Below the pieces are notes generated by a model. That model did not search any database. It had not been told where the DNA came from and was given only the letters and a program-made list of their open reading frames with translations. Source: Anaerolineae bacterium (GTDB lineage: Bacteria > Chloroflexota > Anaerolineae > B4-G1 > DUEL01). Taken from it: 64,000 bases of DNA. The position numbers were made by a program, and so were the translations under genes. Shown here one piece after another: positions 49,915 to 58,498 of the stretch. Location: assembly GCA_041082215.1 (NCBI GenBank), contig JBDOIF010000047.1, positions 1 to 64,000 on the forward strand, read 5' to 3'. Numbering within the stretch: the first letter of the stretch is position 1; each line of letters opens with the position of its first letter.

Positions 49915-50046
49915 GGGGCGCACCCAATGCGCCCCTACGGCGGGGCGCACCCAATGCGCCCCTGCGGTGGGGTGCACGCAATGCGCCCCTGCGGTGGGGC
50001 GCACGCAATGCGCCCCTACGGCGGGGCGCACGCAATACGCCCCTAC
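49915..50046. repeat. Tandem array of five 27-bp REP-like palindromic units
   Basis: GGGGCGCAC(C/G)CAATGCGCCCCT(A/G)CGG(C/T) at 49915, 49942, 49969, 49996 and 50023. Confidence 0.9.
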
Positions 50047-50699
50047 ATGGCGGGTGGGACCACCCCCAGGACGGTGATGCCAATCCATTGCTCGACATCG
50101 CGGGGGGTGCGGACGATGCCGGACTCCACCCACTCCAGGAAGAAAATGACGACCAGACCGATGAGCAGGCCGAAGATGGCCCCGGCAACCAGAAGGACGC
50201 CTGTGCGGGGAGGCCAGGCCTGGGAGTAGGTCGGCTCGTCCCGCAACTCCGCAAAGACCCGGTCTTCCTTCCGTTGCTTCTGGTTCTCGCTGTCCCGCCA
50301 CTCCACCAGAAGCGTCGCCCATTGACGGGCGATCCGATTGGCCTGTTCGCCGTCCGTATCCTCGATCTCGATGCGGATAACCATCCGGTCATCCTCAGCG
50401 GCGAAGCGGGCATTGGCGCGCAACTGCTGGGGGGTCATATCCAGCCGCAGCCGGTCAATTACCTCCTGGGCCCACCGGTTGGAATCGGCAACGGTCATAT
50501 AGGAGCGGAGCAGGGTCTTGGCCGACTGTGTCAGGCCGAAGTCGGGCCGGGCGGGCTGGATGACCACTTCGACAGTGGACTGGTAGGTGGGGACCTGGAG
50601 ACGGCTGAACAGGAAGGCACTGACTGCCGTTGCAACCACTGCCACCCCGATAATCCACCATCGCTTTCGTAGAATGCCGACGATCTGCCCAAGTTCCAC
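50043..50699 (-). CDS. Wzz/CapA-type polysaccharide co-polymerase (tyrosine-kinase modulator)
   Basis: ILRKRWWII, PTYQS, two TM helices and LGITVLG-like C-terminal motif (IGITVLGVVP). Confidence 0.85.
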   Translation of the reverse strand: MELGQIVGILRKRWWIIGVAVVATAVSAFLFSRLQVPTYQSTVEVVIQPARPDFGLTQSAKTLLRSYMTVADSNRWAQEVIDRLRLDMTPQQLRANARFAAEDDRMVIRIEIEDTDGEQANRIARQWATLLVEWRDSENQKQRKEDRVFAELRDEPTYSQAWPPRTGVLLVAGAIFGLLIGLVVIFFLEWVESGIVRTPRDVEQWIGITVLGVVPPAM

Positions 50700-50778
50700 C
50701 TCTACACCTCCTCGAAGAGCGGCGCTATTTTACCATGATAATGACCAATGACCAGTGAATCAATGAGCCAACGGTTGG

Positions 50779-50982
50779 GGGTGCATTTCAGTTTGGTGGC
50801 GAGTTACACCTTAATTCTGCCCACCTGATGGTGGTTTGATCCCTCACCCCTCCCCCTACCCCCTCCCCTCCCCCGCCGCGCAGGAGAGGGGAGGGGGCCA
50901 GGGGGTGGGGTGAGGGCCAGGCAGAGCAATTAGCCTCCAGCGCAGGCAGTTACCACATCTTCCAAAAAACTGAAATGCACCC
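50779..50982. mobile_element. MITE with perfect 16-bp TIRs and a near-perfect 8-bp target duplication
   Basis: GGGTGCATTTCAGTTT / AAACTGAAATGCACCC; flanks ACGGTTGG and GCGGTTGG. Confidence 0.8.
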
Positions 50983-51011
50983 GCGGTTGGTCATTGCTCA
51001 TTGTTCACTGG

Positions 51012-51686
51012 TCATTTCCTGGGAATGTGCGCCAGCACGGTCAGCCCCATGTCCTCCAGCTCCTCCGGGTCACGGACGGTGGGGTCCAGGTAGTGCCAGA
51101 CCAGAGCCAGGCCGACGCCCAGCGCCAGCGCCAGCCCCAGCCGGACCACCGGCCCGAGGAGCTGAGCGCGGAGGCTGGGGGGCTGAGGGACCGGCGCCGG
51201 TTCGTCCAGGAGACGGACGGCGGGGTCCAGCCCCTCTAGCTGAGGGAAGTAGGCCGCATCGTTTTGGGTAAGCTCCTCCGCCACCGCCCGGGCCACCGCC
51301 CGGGCCCCTTCGGCGTCCGGCCAGGTGAGGTAGACGACCATGATGGATTGGGCGTTGTCGGTGACGATGCCCCCCTGGATGGCGGCCGGGTCTGCCGGGA
51401 ACCCCTCTGCTGCCAGCCGGTCTGCCACCGCCTGGGCGAAGGCGCGGGTCTCGGCGATGTCCGCCAGGCCGTTGGCGATGTACTCGGAGGTGAGCCAGGA
51501 GTAGTATCGGTCGTAATCCAGGCTCAGTCCGGCGGGAGGGGTGCCGGCGGCGAAGCGCATCACCACCTGATAGGTCGGCGGCGGGGCATGGTAGGTGACC
51601 ACCAGGTGGAGCAGGACTACCGCCACTGGCGCAACCACCAGCCACCAGCGGCGCAGCAGAACCCTGGCATAAAAACGCAATTCCAT
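51012..51686 (-). CDS. Second Wzz/CapA-like membrane protein
   Basis: VLLRRWWLV, PTYQ and YLDPTVRDPEELEDMGLTVLAHIP motifs. Confidence 0.82.
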   Translation of the reverse strand: MELRFYARVLLRRWWLVVAPVAVVLLHLVVTYHAPPPTYQVVMRFAAGTPPAGLSLDYDRYYSWLTSEYIANGLADIAETRAFAQAVADRLAAEGFPADPAAIQGGIVTDNAQSIMVVYLTWPDAEGARAVARAVAEELTQNDAAYFPQLEGLDPAVRLLDEPAPVPQPPSLRAQLLGPVVRLGLALALGVGLALVWHYLDPTVRDPEELEDMGLTVLAHIPRK

Positions 51687-51767
51687 GCACCTTCCTCCTT
51701 GACGGGACACAGGGGCACGGAGGCGGGGGGGCACGGAGACGCGGGGACACGGAGCCATTTCCCCGCG

Positions 51768-52892
51768 TCACCGCGTTACCGCCTCACCGCGTCCCTCCAG
51801 GGCTTTCTCCACAAATCGCCCCAACTCTCTCCTGAACACGCCCCCGTCAAACCGGGCAGCGTTCTGGACACAGGCGTAGGGGTCCACTGCCTCCGGGTCG
51901 AAGGAGCGGACGGCGGCGGCCAGCGCTTCGGGTGTGGGCTCGTGGAAAAAGATGCCGGTCTGTCCCTCTACAACCGTATCCAGCGCGCCGCCCGCGCCGA
52001 AGGCGATCACCGGCCGCCCGGCGGCCTGGGCCTGCACCGGCGCGATGGCGAAATCCTCTACCCCTGGCAGGATGTAGGCCCGGCAGCGGGCAAACAGCTC
52101 CGGCAGGTCGTCGTCCGGCACACGGCCAAGGAAGGTGATGGTAGGGCCGGCCAGCTCCTCCAGCGCTTCCCGGTCCCGCCCATCTCCGGCGACCACCAGC
52201 GGCAGGCCCAGCCGGTTGAAGGCCTCCACCGCCAGGTCAATCCGCTTGTAGGGGACCAGCCGGGAGACGATGAGGTAATAGTCGTCGTGGGTTGGCAAGG
52301 GGTGGAACCGGCCTGTCTCCACTGGCGGGTAGATGACGACCGACTCCCGCCCGTAGTGGCGGCGGATGCGGGCCTGGACCTCGCGGGAGATGGCGATGAA
52401 GTGGTCTACCCGCTGTGCGGCCTGCCAATCCCACCGGCGCAGCAGGGCAACGAGGGGGCGAAGGGCGGCCTTCAGAGCCGACGGGATCGCCTCCCGTGCT
52501 GCGTAGGCTTCGAAGTCCCACACGTATCGAGTAGGTGTCAGACAGTAGCAAACGTGGACCGCTCCGTCGGTGCGCACTCCGTGGCAGAAGCCGGACTTGT
52601 TGCTCAGCACCAGGTCGTAGGAGGAGAGGTCGAGGCGGGAAAAGGCGAGGGGGTAGAGGGGAAGGTAGGGCTGGTGGTGGCGGTAGATGCCGGGGAGCCG
52701 GTCCATCCAGGTGGTGCGGATGTCCCAGGTGCGATAGGTGGCGGGCATTCCTTCCCGCCAGTATATGGAGGTGTAGACAGGGGCGCCGGGGAACATCTCC
52801 ACCAGCGTCTCCAGTACATCCTCCGCCCCGCCGAGCTGGTTGAGCCAGTCGTGAACGATAGCGAATGAGGACCGAATAAGCAAACTACTCAC
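51768..52892 (-). CDS. GT4-family glycosyltransferase; start uncertain (GTG 52892 assumed)
   Basis: AIVHDWLNQLGGAE, YCLTPTRY, SRLVPYKRID and EDFAIAPVQAQAAG motifs. Confidence 0.88.
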   Translation of the reverse strand: MSSLLIRSSFAIVHDWLNQLGGAEDVLETLVEMFPGAPVYTSIYWREGMPATYRTWDIRTTWMDRLPGIYRHHQPYLPLYPLAFSRLDLSSYDLVLSNKSGFCHGVRTDGAVHVCYCLTPTRYVWDFEAYAAREAIPSALKAALRPLVALLRRWDWQAAQRVDHFIAISREVQARIRRHYGRESVVIYPPVETGRFHPLPTHDDYYLIVSRLVPYKRIDLAVEAFNRLGLPLVVAGDGRDREALEELAGPTITFLGRVPDDDLPELFARCRAYILPGVEDFAIAPVQAQAAGRPVIAFGAGGALDTVVEGQTGIFFHEPTPEALAAAVRSFDPEAVDPYACVQNAARFDGGVFRRELGRFVEKALEGRGEAVTR

Positions 52893-53595
52893 TGTTTGTT
52901 GGGGTCCCCCGGTTATCTCCGGCTTTGTTGGGAATACCACAGGTAGCGCTCGATCCGGTCCCGCCAGGCGTCGAGGTCCTGTGGGGGGAAGATATGTTTA
53001 ACCAGCTTACCCGATGGATCGGAGACGGCCCCAGCCGTGTCAGAGCTTCCCGATGCTGGGGTGTGCCATATCCTTTGTGGCGGGCGAAGCCGTAGCCAGG
53101 GAACTTTTGGTCCAGCGCCACCATCAGCCGGTCCCGCTCCACTTTGGCGACGATGCTGGCAGCGGCAACGCTCAGACAACGGCAATCCGCCCTGGGCAAC
53201 GGCCGCTGGGGGAGGGTCAGCTCGGGCAGCCAGAGGTAGTCCACCAGCAGCACGTCCACCTGCCCTTCCAGCCCGGCCACGGCGCGGGCCATTGCCAGCC
53301 GGGTGGCGGGTACGATCCCCGCCTCATCCACCTCGGCGGGGGTGGCCCATCCCACACCAACCCCCTCCGCCATCTCCAGGATCAACGGCAGCAGCCGTTC
53401 CCGCTGCCTGGGGGTGAGCTGCTTGGAGTCCCGCACCGCTGCCAGCCGGTCGGGGAGGTCGGGCCGGTGGAGGGGGAGGACCACCGCCGCGGCGCAGACC
53501 GGCCCCGCCCAGGCTCCCCGCCCGGCCTCGTCCACCCCCGCCACACGGCCGTAGCCAGCGGCAAGGAGGGCCAGTTCTTCCCGAAGATCGGGCAT
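52885..53595 (-). CDS. rnhB: Ribonuclease HII
   Basis: AGVDEAGRGAWAGPV, DSKQL, SVAAASIVAKVERD, HKGYGT and IHR motifs. Confidence 0.95.
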   Translation of the reverse strand: MPDLREELALLAAGYGRVAGVDEAGRGAWAGPVCAAAVVLPLHRPDLPDRLAAVRDSKQLTPRQRERLLPLILEMAEGVGVGWATPAEVDEAGIVPATRLAMARAVAGLEGQVDVLLVDYLWLPELTLPQRPLPRADCRCLSVAAASIVAKVERDRLMVALDQKFPGYGFARHKGYGTPQHREALTRLGPSPIHRVSWLNISSPHRTSTPGGTGSSATCGIPNKAGDNRGTPTNSE

Positions 53596-53601
53596 TGTGC
53601 G

Positions 53602-53700
53602 AATAGGACCAGAACTGCCCGGAAACATTTGTGAGATTTGGCCTGTTCGCGTCATTCGCGATAAGGCTCCTGGGCTCCAACAAGGGTGTTGGGTGGTTAG
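53602..53700. repeat. 99-bp dispersed repeat; second copy at 26538-26636
   Basis: Ungapped alignment with about 16 mismatches by manual count. Confidence 0.85.
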
Positions 53701-53708
53701 ACCTGAAA

Positions 53709-54437
53709 CTACTTATCGTAGAGGCCTGCTCGGCCGTTGGCGCGGACGCGAAGCACCTCCCGCAGCATATTCCACGAATCCCGCAGGGGGTTCACCCGGC
53801 TGCCCTCCCCATAGTACCAGTCAATGGGCACCTCGACGATCCGATAGCCGCGCCGGATGGCGATGTAGAGCACCTCCACATCGAACGCCCAGCCGTCCAG
53901 CACCTGGGTGGTGAAGAGGTCCCGCGCCACCTCCCGGCGAAAGCTCTTGAACCCGCACTGGGTGTCCTGGATGCCGGGCACTGCCAGCGTCCGCACCACC
54001 AGGTTGAACCCCCGGCCCATCAGGTGGCGATACCACGGCTCGTTGAACCGGCGGGCGCCGGGGGCTTCGCGGGAAGCGATGGCCACATCGTAGTCGGAAA
54101 GAGCGGGGGGGAGAAACCGCTCCACCTGCTCAATGGGCATCGCCAGGTCGGCGTCGCAGATGAAGAGATATTCCCCCCGTCCCTCCAGCATCCCTTTACG
54201 CACCGCCGCCCCTTTGCCCCGAACGGGCTGGTGGAGAAGGGAGAGAAGGGGGTAACGGGCCGCGAAATCCCGGACGATATCCGGAGTGCGGTCGGTGCTG
54301 CCGTTATCCACCACCAGCACTTCCACCGGATAGCTCCGGTCCCCGGCAAAGGCCAGTACCTGCGGAAGGGTCTTCGGGAGGCGACGTTCCTCGTTGTAAG
54401 CGGGTATGATGATGGTAAGTAACGGCGACGTGTTGAT
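53709..54437 (-). CDS. GT2 dolichyl/undecaprenyl-phosphate glycosyltransferase, probably ATC-initiated
   Basis: In-frame TIIIPAYNEE, VVDNGSTD, GKGAAV, CDADL, DTQCGFK and FDVE; no ATG/GTG/TTG upstream of the first motif. Confidence 0.85.
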   Translation of the reverse strand: MNTSPLLTIIIPAYNEERRLPKTLPQVLAFAGDRSYPVEVLVVDNGSTDRTPDIVRDFAARYPLLSLLHQPVRGKGAAVRKGMLEGRGEYLFICDADLAMPIEQVERFLPPALSDYDVAIASREAPGARRFNEPWYRHLMGRGFNLVVRTLAVPGIQDTQCGFKSFRREVARDLFTTQVLDGWAFDVEVLYIAIRRGYRIVEVPIDWYYGEGSRVNPLRDSWNMLREVLRVRANGRAGLYDK

Positions 54438-54540
54438 GGTCCCACCTCGGCAAAGGGTTCTGTTCTCACCGCCTGTAGCGCCTACCGCGCCAGACCCCGG
54501 CGGTAGCCACCAGGCTATACTTTAACACAGAACGGCGGAT

Positions 54541-54728
54541 TTGGGAAGAGTTCGAGAAGAGGGAAGAGTTCGGAGGAGGTGGGAGAGCGACCCTCACCCC
54601 TCCCCCTACCCCCTCCCCTCTCCCGCCGCACGGGGGAGGGGAGGGGGCCAGGGGGCGGTGAGGGGGAGGGGGTCAGGTCAGAAGCGGCCGGTGAGCGTTC
54701 GTGTCCGAAACCATATCCGAACTTCGGG
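54541..54728 (+). repeat. Composite CCCTCACCCC-hairpin intergenic repeat
   Basis: Purine/pyrimidine hairpin flanked by GAGTTCG and TCCGAAC arms; related to 1-73, 45403-45546 and 50841-50916. Confidence 0.75.
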
Positions 54729-54738
54729 GGTATTCCCC

Positions 54739-54767
54739 TTGCCGCCCTGCTCCGTTTACGGTACAAT
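54739..54767 (+). promoter_or_regulatory. Probable selA promoter
   Basis: TTGCCG, 17 bp spacer, TACAAT. Confidence 0.6.
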
Positions 54768-54809
54768 GAAAGGCATCCACCGGGCAATCTGGAAGGGAGC
54801 GAGAACGCT

Positions 54810-56192
54810 ATGGAAGGAGTGAAGCAACTCCGTCATCTCCCCAGTGTGGATCGGTTGATGGGGGAACCCGCTTTGCAGGAGTTACTCCCTCTCTACGGCC
54901 ACCGGCTGACGGTGACGGCGGTACGGGAGACGCTGGACCAGGTGCGGCAGGAGGTCAAAGCGGGGGCCGCTATTCCCCCCCAGGAGGCGCTGGCGGCCCG
55001 GGCCGCTGCCCATCTGCGGGACCATCTGGTCCCTACCCTGCGCTCCGTTATCAATGCCACCGGCGTGATTATCCACACCAACCTGGGGCGGGCTCCCCTC
55101 TCCGCCGCCGCCCGCGCGGCTATGGAGGCCGCCGCCCGCGGTTACTCCAACCTGGAATACGACCTGCCGGCAGGCCAGCGGGGCCACCGCACCGTCCACG
55201 CCGAGCGGCTCCTGTGTGAGCTGACCGGCGCCGAGGCCGCCCTCGTGGTCAATAACAACGCCGGAGCCGTCCTGCTGGCCCTCACCGGCCTGGCCCGGGG
55301 ACGGGGAGTGCTGATCTCCCGCGGACAACTGGTGGAGATCGGCGGCGGCTTCCGCGTGCCCGATGTGATGGCCCAATCTGGTGCGCGGCTGATCGAAGTG
55401 GGGACCACCAACCGGACCCACCGCTACGACTACGAACGGGCGCTGGCCAAAGAGCCGGATGTGGCCCTCATCCTACGCGCCCACCACTCCAACTTCCGCA
55501 TCGTCGGCTTCACCGCCGAGGTGGAGCTGCCGGAGCTGGTCGAGCTGGGGGCAGCCCACGGCCTGCCGGTGATGGACGACCTGGGAAGCGGAGCGCTGCT
55601 GGATACGGCCAGCTTCGGCCTGGCCCACGAGCCAATGGTGCAGGAGAGCGTCGCCGCCGGTGCCGCCGTGGTCTGTTTCAGCGGCGACAAGCTTCTGGGT
55701 GGCCCTCAGGCGGGGATCATCGTTGGCAAGGCCGAGTACGTTGATCCCCTCAAGCGCCACCCCCTGACCCGGGCGCTCCGGGCCGACAAGCTCTGCCTGG
55801 CGGCCCTCCAGGCGACGCTGATGCACTACCTCAAAGACGAAGCCACTGTGCAGGTCCCGGTGTGGCGGATGATCGCCACCCCCCTTGCGGAGATCCAGCG
55901 CCGGGCTGGCCGCTGGCAGCGGCGGCTGCGCCAGGCCGGGATTCGGGCCGAGATCATGGACGGCCGCTCGACGGTGGGCGGGGGGAGCCTCCCCGGCGAG
56001 ACCCTTCCCACCCGGCTGCTGGCCCTGCCTGTGGCCGACCCTGACGGCGCAGCAGCGGCTCTCCGAACGGGCAACCCGCCAGTGGTGGCCCGCATCGAGG
56101 AGGGCCGGCTCGTCCTGGACCCACGGACGGTGCTTCCTGAAGAGGAGCCGGACCTGTTGCACCGGCTGGTCGAGGCTGTAGGACAGGATTGA
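54810..56192 (+). CDS. selA: L-seryl-tRNA(Sec) selenium transferase
   Basis: VINATGVIIHTNLGRAPL, VVNNNAGA, EVGTTNRT and FSGDKLLGGPQAG motifs. Confidence 0.96.
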   Translation: MEGVKQLRHLPSVDRLMGEPALQELLPLYGHRLTVTAVRETLDQVRQEVKAGAAIPPQEALAARAAAHLRDHLVPTLRSVINATGVIIHTNLGRAPLSAAARAAMEAAARGYSNLEYDLPAGQRGHRTVHAERLLCELTGAEAALVVNNNAGAVLLALTGLARGRGVLISRGQLVEIGGGFRVPDVMAQSGARLIEVGTTNRTHRYDYERALAKEPDVALILRAHHSNFRIVGFTAEVELPELVELGAAHGLPVMDDLGSGALLDTASFGLAHEPMVQESVAAGAAVVCFSGDKLLGGPQAGIIVGKAEYVDPLKRHPLTRALRADKLCLAALQATLMHYLKDEATVQVPVWRMIATPLAEIQRRAGRWQRRLRQAGIRAEIMDGRSTVGGGSLPGETLPTRLLALPVADPDGAAAALRTGNPPVVARIEEGRLVLDPRTVLPEEEPDLLHRLVEAVGQD

Positions 56193-56204
56193 ATCTTGTC
56201 CTAC
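56178..56204. repeat. GTAG-type REP palindrome spanning the stop codons of two convergent genes
   Basis: GTAGGACAGGATT-G-AATCTTGTCCTAC. Confidence 0.7.
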
Positions 56205-58090
56205 AAATCCCGCACCACCAGGGGGAGCATCATCCGCCAGGGGATGACCACCTCCACAGGCGGGCCGGAGATGGGTGCGTCAATCCCGTCGGCCCGCACC
56301 CCATACCGTTCGTTCACCACCGGCGTGCCGGGCAGGAGATGAGCCACTGTCAGGGCGAAGGTGGCTGTGAGGGCGTCGCCGGACTCCAGTGTCGTCGGTG
56401 CCCAGGTGATCACCCCTTCTTGCTCTGTGTAGACCCCGCTGGCCCAGGCCAGGGGCAGGCCGGAGGGGATAGCGTCGGTGAGGACGACGTTGGTGAGGGT
56501 TTCAGCAGAAGCGTTGATAGCGGTGAGGGTGTAGGTTAACCACCGGATCGGGACGCCTGGCGACAGAGAGGCCTGCTTGGAGATCTCCAGCCTGGTCCAG
56601 GTCACCGCCGCCAGCGCGTCCACGATCCCCCAGCCGTAGACGTTGTTGGGCACCTCCTCCGGTCCGTCCCCCCCGCAGCCCTGCGTGCTGGTCCGGGGCC
56701 GCGCTGTCTGCTCCAGGATCGTCTCAGTCCTTTCCACATCCCCCAGAAGCTCCGGCGCTGCCGACCACAAGAGCGCCGCCACCCCCGCCACATGCGGCGC
56801 GGCCATTGAGGTGCCGTTCATACTCCCATAGCCGCCGCCGGGGAGGCTGGAGTAGATCCCCACCCCCGGCGCGCTCACGTCCGGCTTCCGCCGCTCGGAG
56901 CCGTCCACCGTCACCGGCCCCCGGCTGCTGAAAGAGGCAATGTTGTCGGCGGAGTCGGTCGCCCCCACGGAGAAGGCCGCCTCGTAGATGGCGGGGGGAT
57001 ACCGCACCGTGTTGCAACCGGATCCATCGTTCCCCGCCGAGACCACCACCAGGATGCCCGCTGCCCGCACGTTTCCCACCACCGTCTGGAGCGTACCCCA
57101 ATCGCATCCCTCCTCGGGAGGGCAGTACCAGGAGTTGTTGATCACATCGGGGGCCTTATCGGGCTGGCCGTCGGTGAAGGGGTTGCCTCCCACCGGGTAG
57201 GGGGCCAGGAAGAACTCGAAGCATTCAATGTAGGAGGCGGGGGTCCCCCACCCCTGCTCCATGTTCCGGCAGCCGATCCACCGTGCCCCCGGCGCGACGC
57301 CGATCCCCCCCGCCCCCACCATCGTCCCCATCGTGTGGGTCCCGTGGCCGTTGTCGTCGCACGGTTTGGGGGAGTCGAAGCCGCAGGGGTTGCCTGGCGG
57401 GGTGTTTGGGTTGTCGCTGTGGATGGCGTCGTGCCAGTTGTAGTCGTGGGATACGGTCGTCCCGTTCCAGCCGCGATACGCACCGACCAGCGCCGGGTGG
57501 TCCCAGTCGTAGCCGGTGTCCTGCCCCGCCACGACCACCCCTTCGCCGGTGTACCCCTGCGTCCAGACCGCGTCGGCGTGGACCTTCTGGACGTTCCACT
57601 GGACAGCGAAAAGGGAAAGCGGACCGGAGGAGGGCAGCGAGTGGGGCAGGGGAACCTCGATGGAAGGGTTCGCCACAATCCGGGCCACCTCTGGCCGGTC
57701 GGCCAGCTCCACCAGCAGCCTCCGGTCACCCGTGACGGCCAGCAGGTTGGCGACGTAGAAGGGCCGGTAGGGGATACCCCGCCGGTCCAGCATGGCCCGC
57801 AGGCGGGCCTGTTCCCGCGTCGCCACGGCCTGCAGCCGCTCCACCACCAGCCGGACCCGTGTCGTGTGGTCGGTGGTTGGGGGGAGATCGCTCAGGTCCG
57901 CCTGCTCCCGCAGGACTACCAGGAAGGTGGTCTCGTTCCCCCCTGCCGTCTCTTCCCACACCTGCGGCGCGATGTTGGCCGGGCGGGAAGGCCCCCGCGC
58001 CCCGGCAAACCCCAGTGGTAGCAGAACCAGGAGGGTCAGAAGGAGCGTCAACCCCGGACGGTTCGCCCGTCCTCTCCGATTACCCCACAT
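56201..58090 (-). CDS. S8 subtilase (bacillopeptidase F-like) with a C-terminal DUF11-like domain
   Basis: Catalytic DTG, HGTHTMG and GTSMAAPHVAG; signal peptide; C-terminal xxLPLVxR tail. Confidence 0.92.
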   Translation of the reverse strand: MWGNRRGRANRPGLTLLLTLLVLLPLGFAGARGPSRPANIAPQVWEETAGGNETTFLVVLREQADLSDLPPTTDHTTRVRLVVERLQAVATREQARLRAMLDRRGIPYRPFYVANLLAVTGDRRLLVELADRPEVARIVANPSIEVPLPHSLPSSGPLSLFAVQWNVQKVHADAVWTQGYTGEGVVVAGQDTGYDWDHPALVGAYRGWNGTTVSHDYNWHDAIHSDNPNTPPGNPCGFDSPKPCDDNGHGTHTMGTMVGAGGIGVAPGARWIGCRNMEQGWGTPASYIECFEFFLAPYPVGGNPFTDGQPDKAPDVINNSWYCPPEEGCDWGTLQTVVGNVRAAGILVVVSAGNDGSGCNTVRYPPAIYEAAFSVGATDSADNIASFSSRGPVTVDGSERRKPDVSAPGVGIYSSLPGGGYGSMNGTSMAAPHVAGVAALLWSAAPELLGDVERTETILEQTARPRTSTQGCGGDGPEEVPNNVYGWGIVDALAAVTWTRLEISKQASLSPGVPIRWLTYTLTAINASAETLTNVVLTDAIPSGLPLAWASGVYTEQEGVITWAPTTLESGDALTATFALTVAHLLPGTPVVNERYGVRADGIDAPISGPPVEVVIPWRMMLPLVVRDL

Positions 58091-58448
58091 CGTCGGCCAC
58101 CGGGATTTCCAGCGGTCCCACGTCCTGGACCACGACCCGGATTTTCAGCTTATGGGAACCTGGCTCCAGCGCCATTCCCGCCACCCGGAGGGTGAAGGTG
58201 GCCCCCAGGGGGAACTGGAGCGGCGCCTCGGCGCTGATCTGGTCGGCGGGCCGGGCTTGCCCGTCGGGCTGAGCCACGGCGATCCGGGCCAGTTCGACTG
58301 GCGTGCCGTCCACCTCCAGCCCCTTAAGCTGAAGGATCGTCCCGGAAGCGATCGAGTTCCTCAGGTCAAGGGCAAACCCGTCTCCCTCGACCCGCAGCGA
58401 ACCTTTCACATAGAGTTTTTTGAGCAGGACAGGCGGAATTGCCGGCAT
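58080..58448 (-). CDS. Conserved hypothetical beta-rich protein
   Basis: MPAIPPVLLKKLYVKGSLR start after SD GAGGAGGT; overlaps the start of the S8 gene. Confidence 0.7.
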   Translation of the reverse strand: MPAIPPVLLKKLYVKGSLRVEGDGFALDLRNSIASGTILQLKGLEVDGTPVELARIAVAQPDGQARPADQISAEAPLQFPLGATFTLRVAGMALEPGSHKLKIRVVVQDVGPLEIPVADDVG

Positions 58449-58498
58449 GGATACCTCCTCTTTCTGACGTCTGACGTTTGACGCCTGAGCCTCTATTC

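Noticed and set aside
49915..50046. Possible CRISPR array
   Set aside because: Units are contiguous with no unique spacers, and no cas genes are in the window; it is a REP-like tandem array
49892..50413. N-terminal extension of the CpsD kinase with GALRAPxRR peptide repeats
   Set aside because: It is the translation of the REP array and overlaps the Wzz gene; an SD-supported start is at 49891
54020..54469. Frameshift in the GT2 gene
   Set aside because: The conserved N-terminal motifs are in the same frame as 53709-54326; the problem is the start codon, not a frameshift
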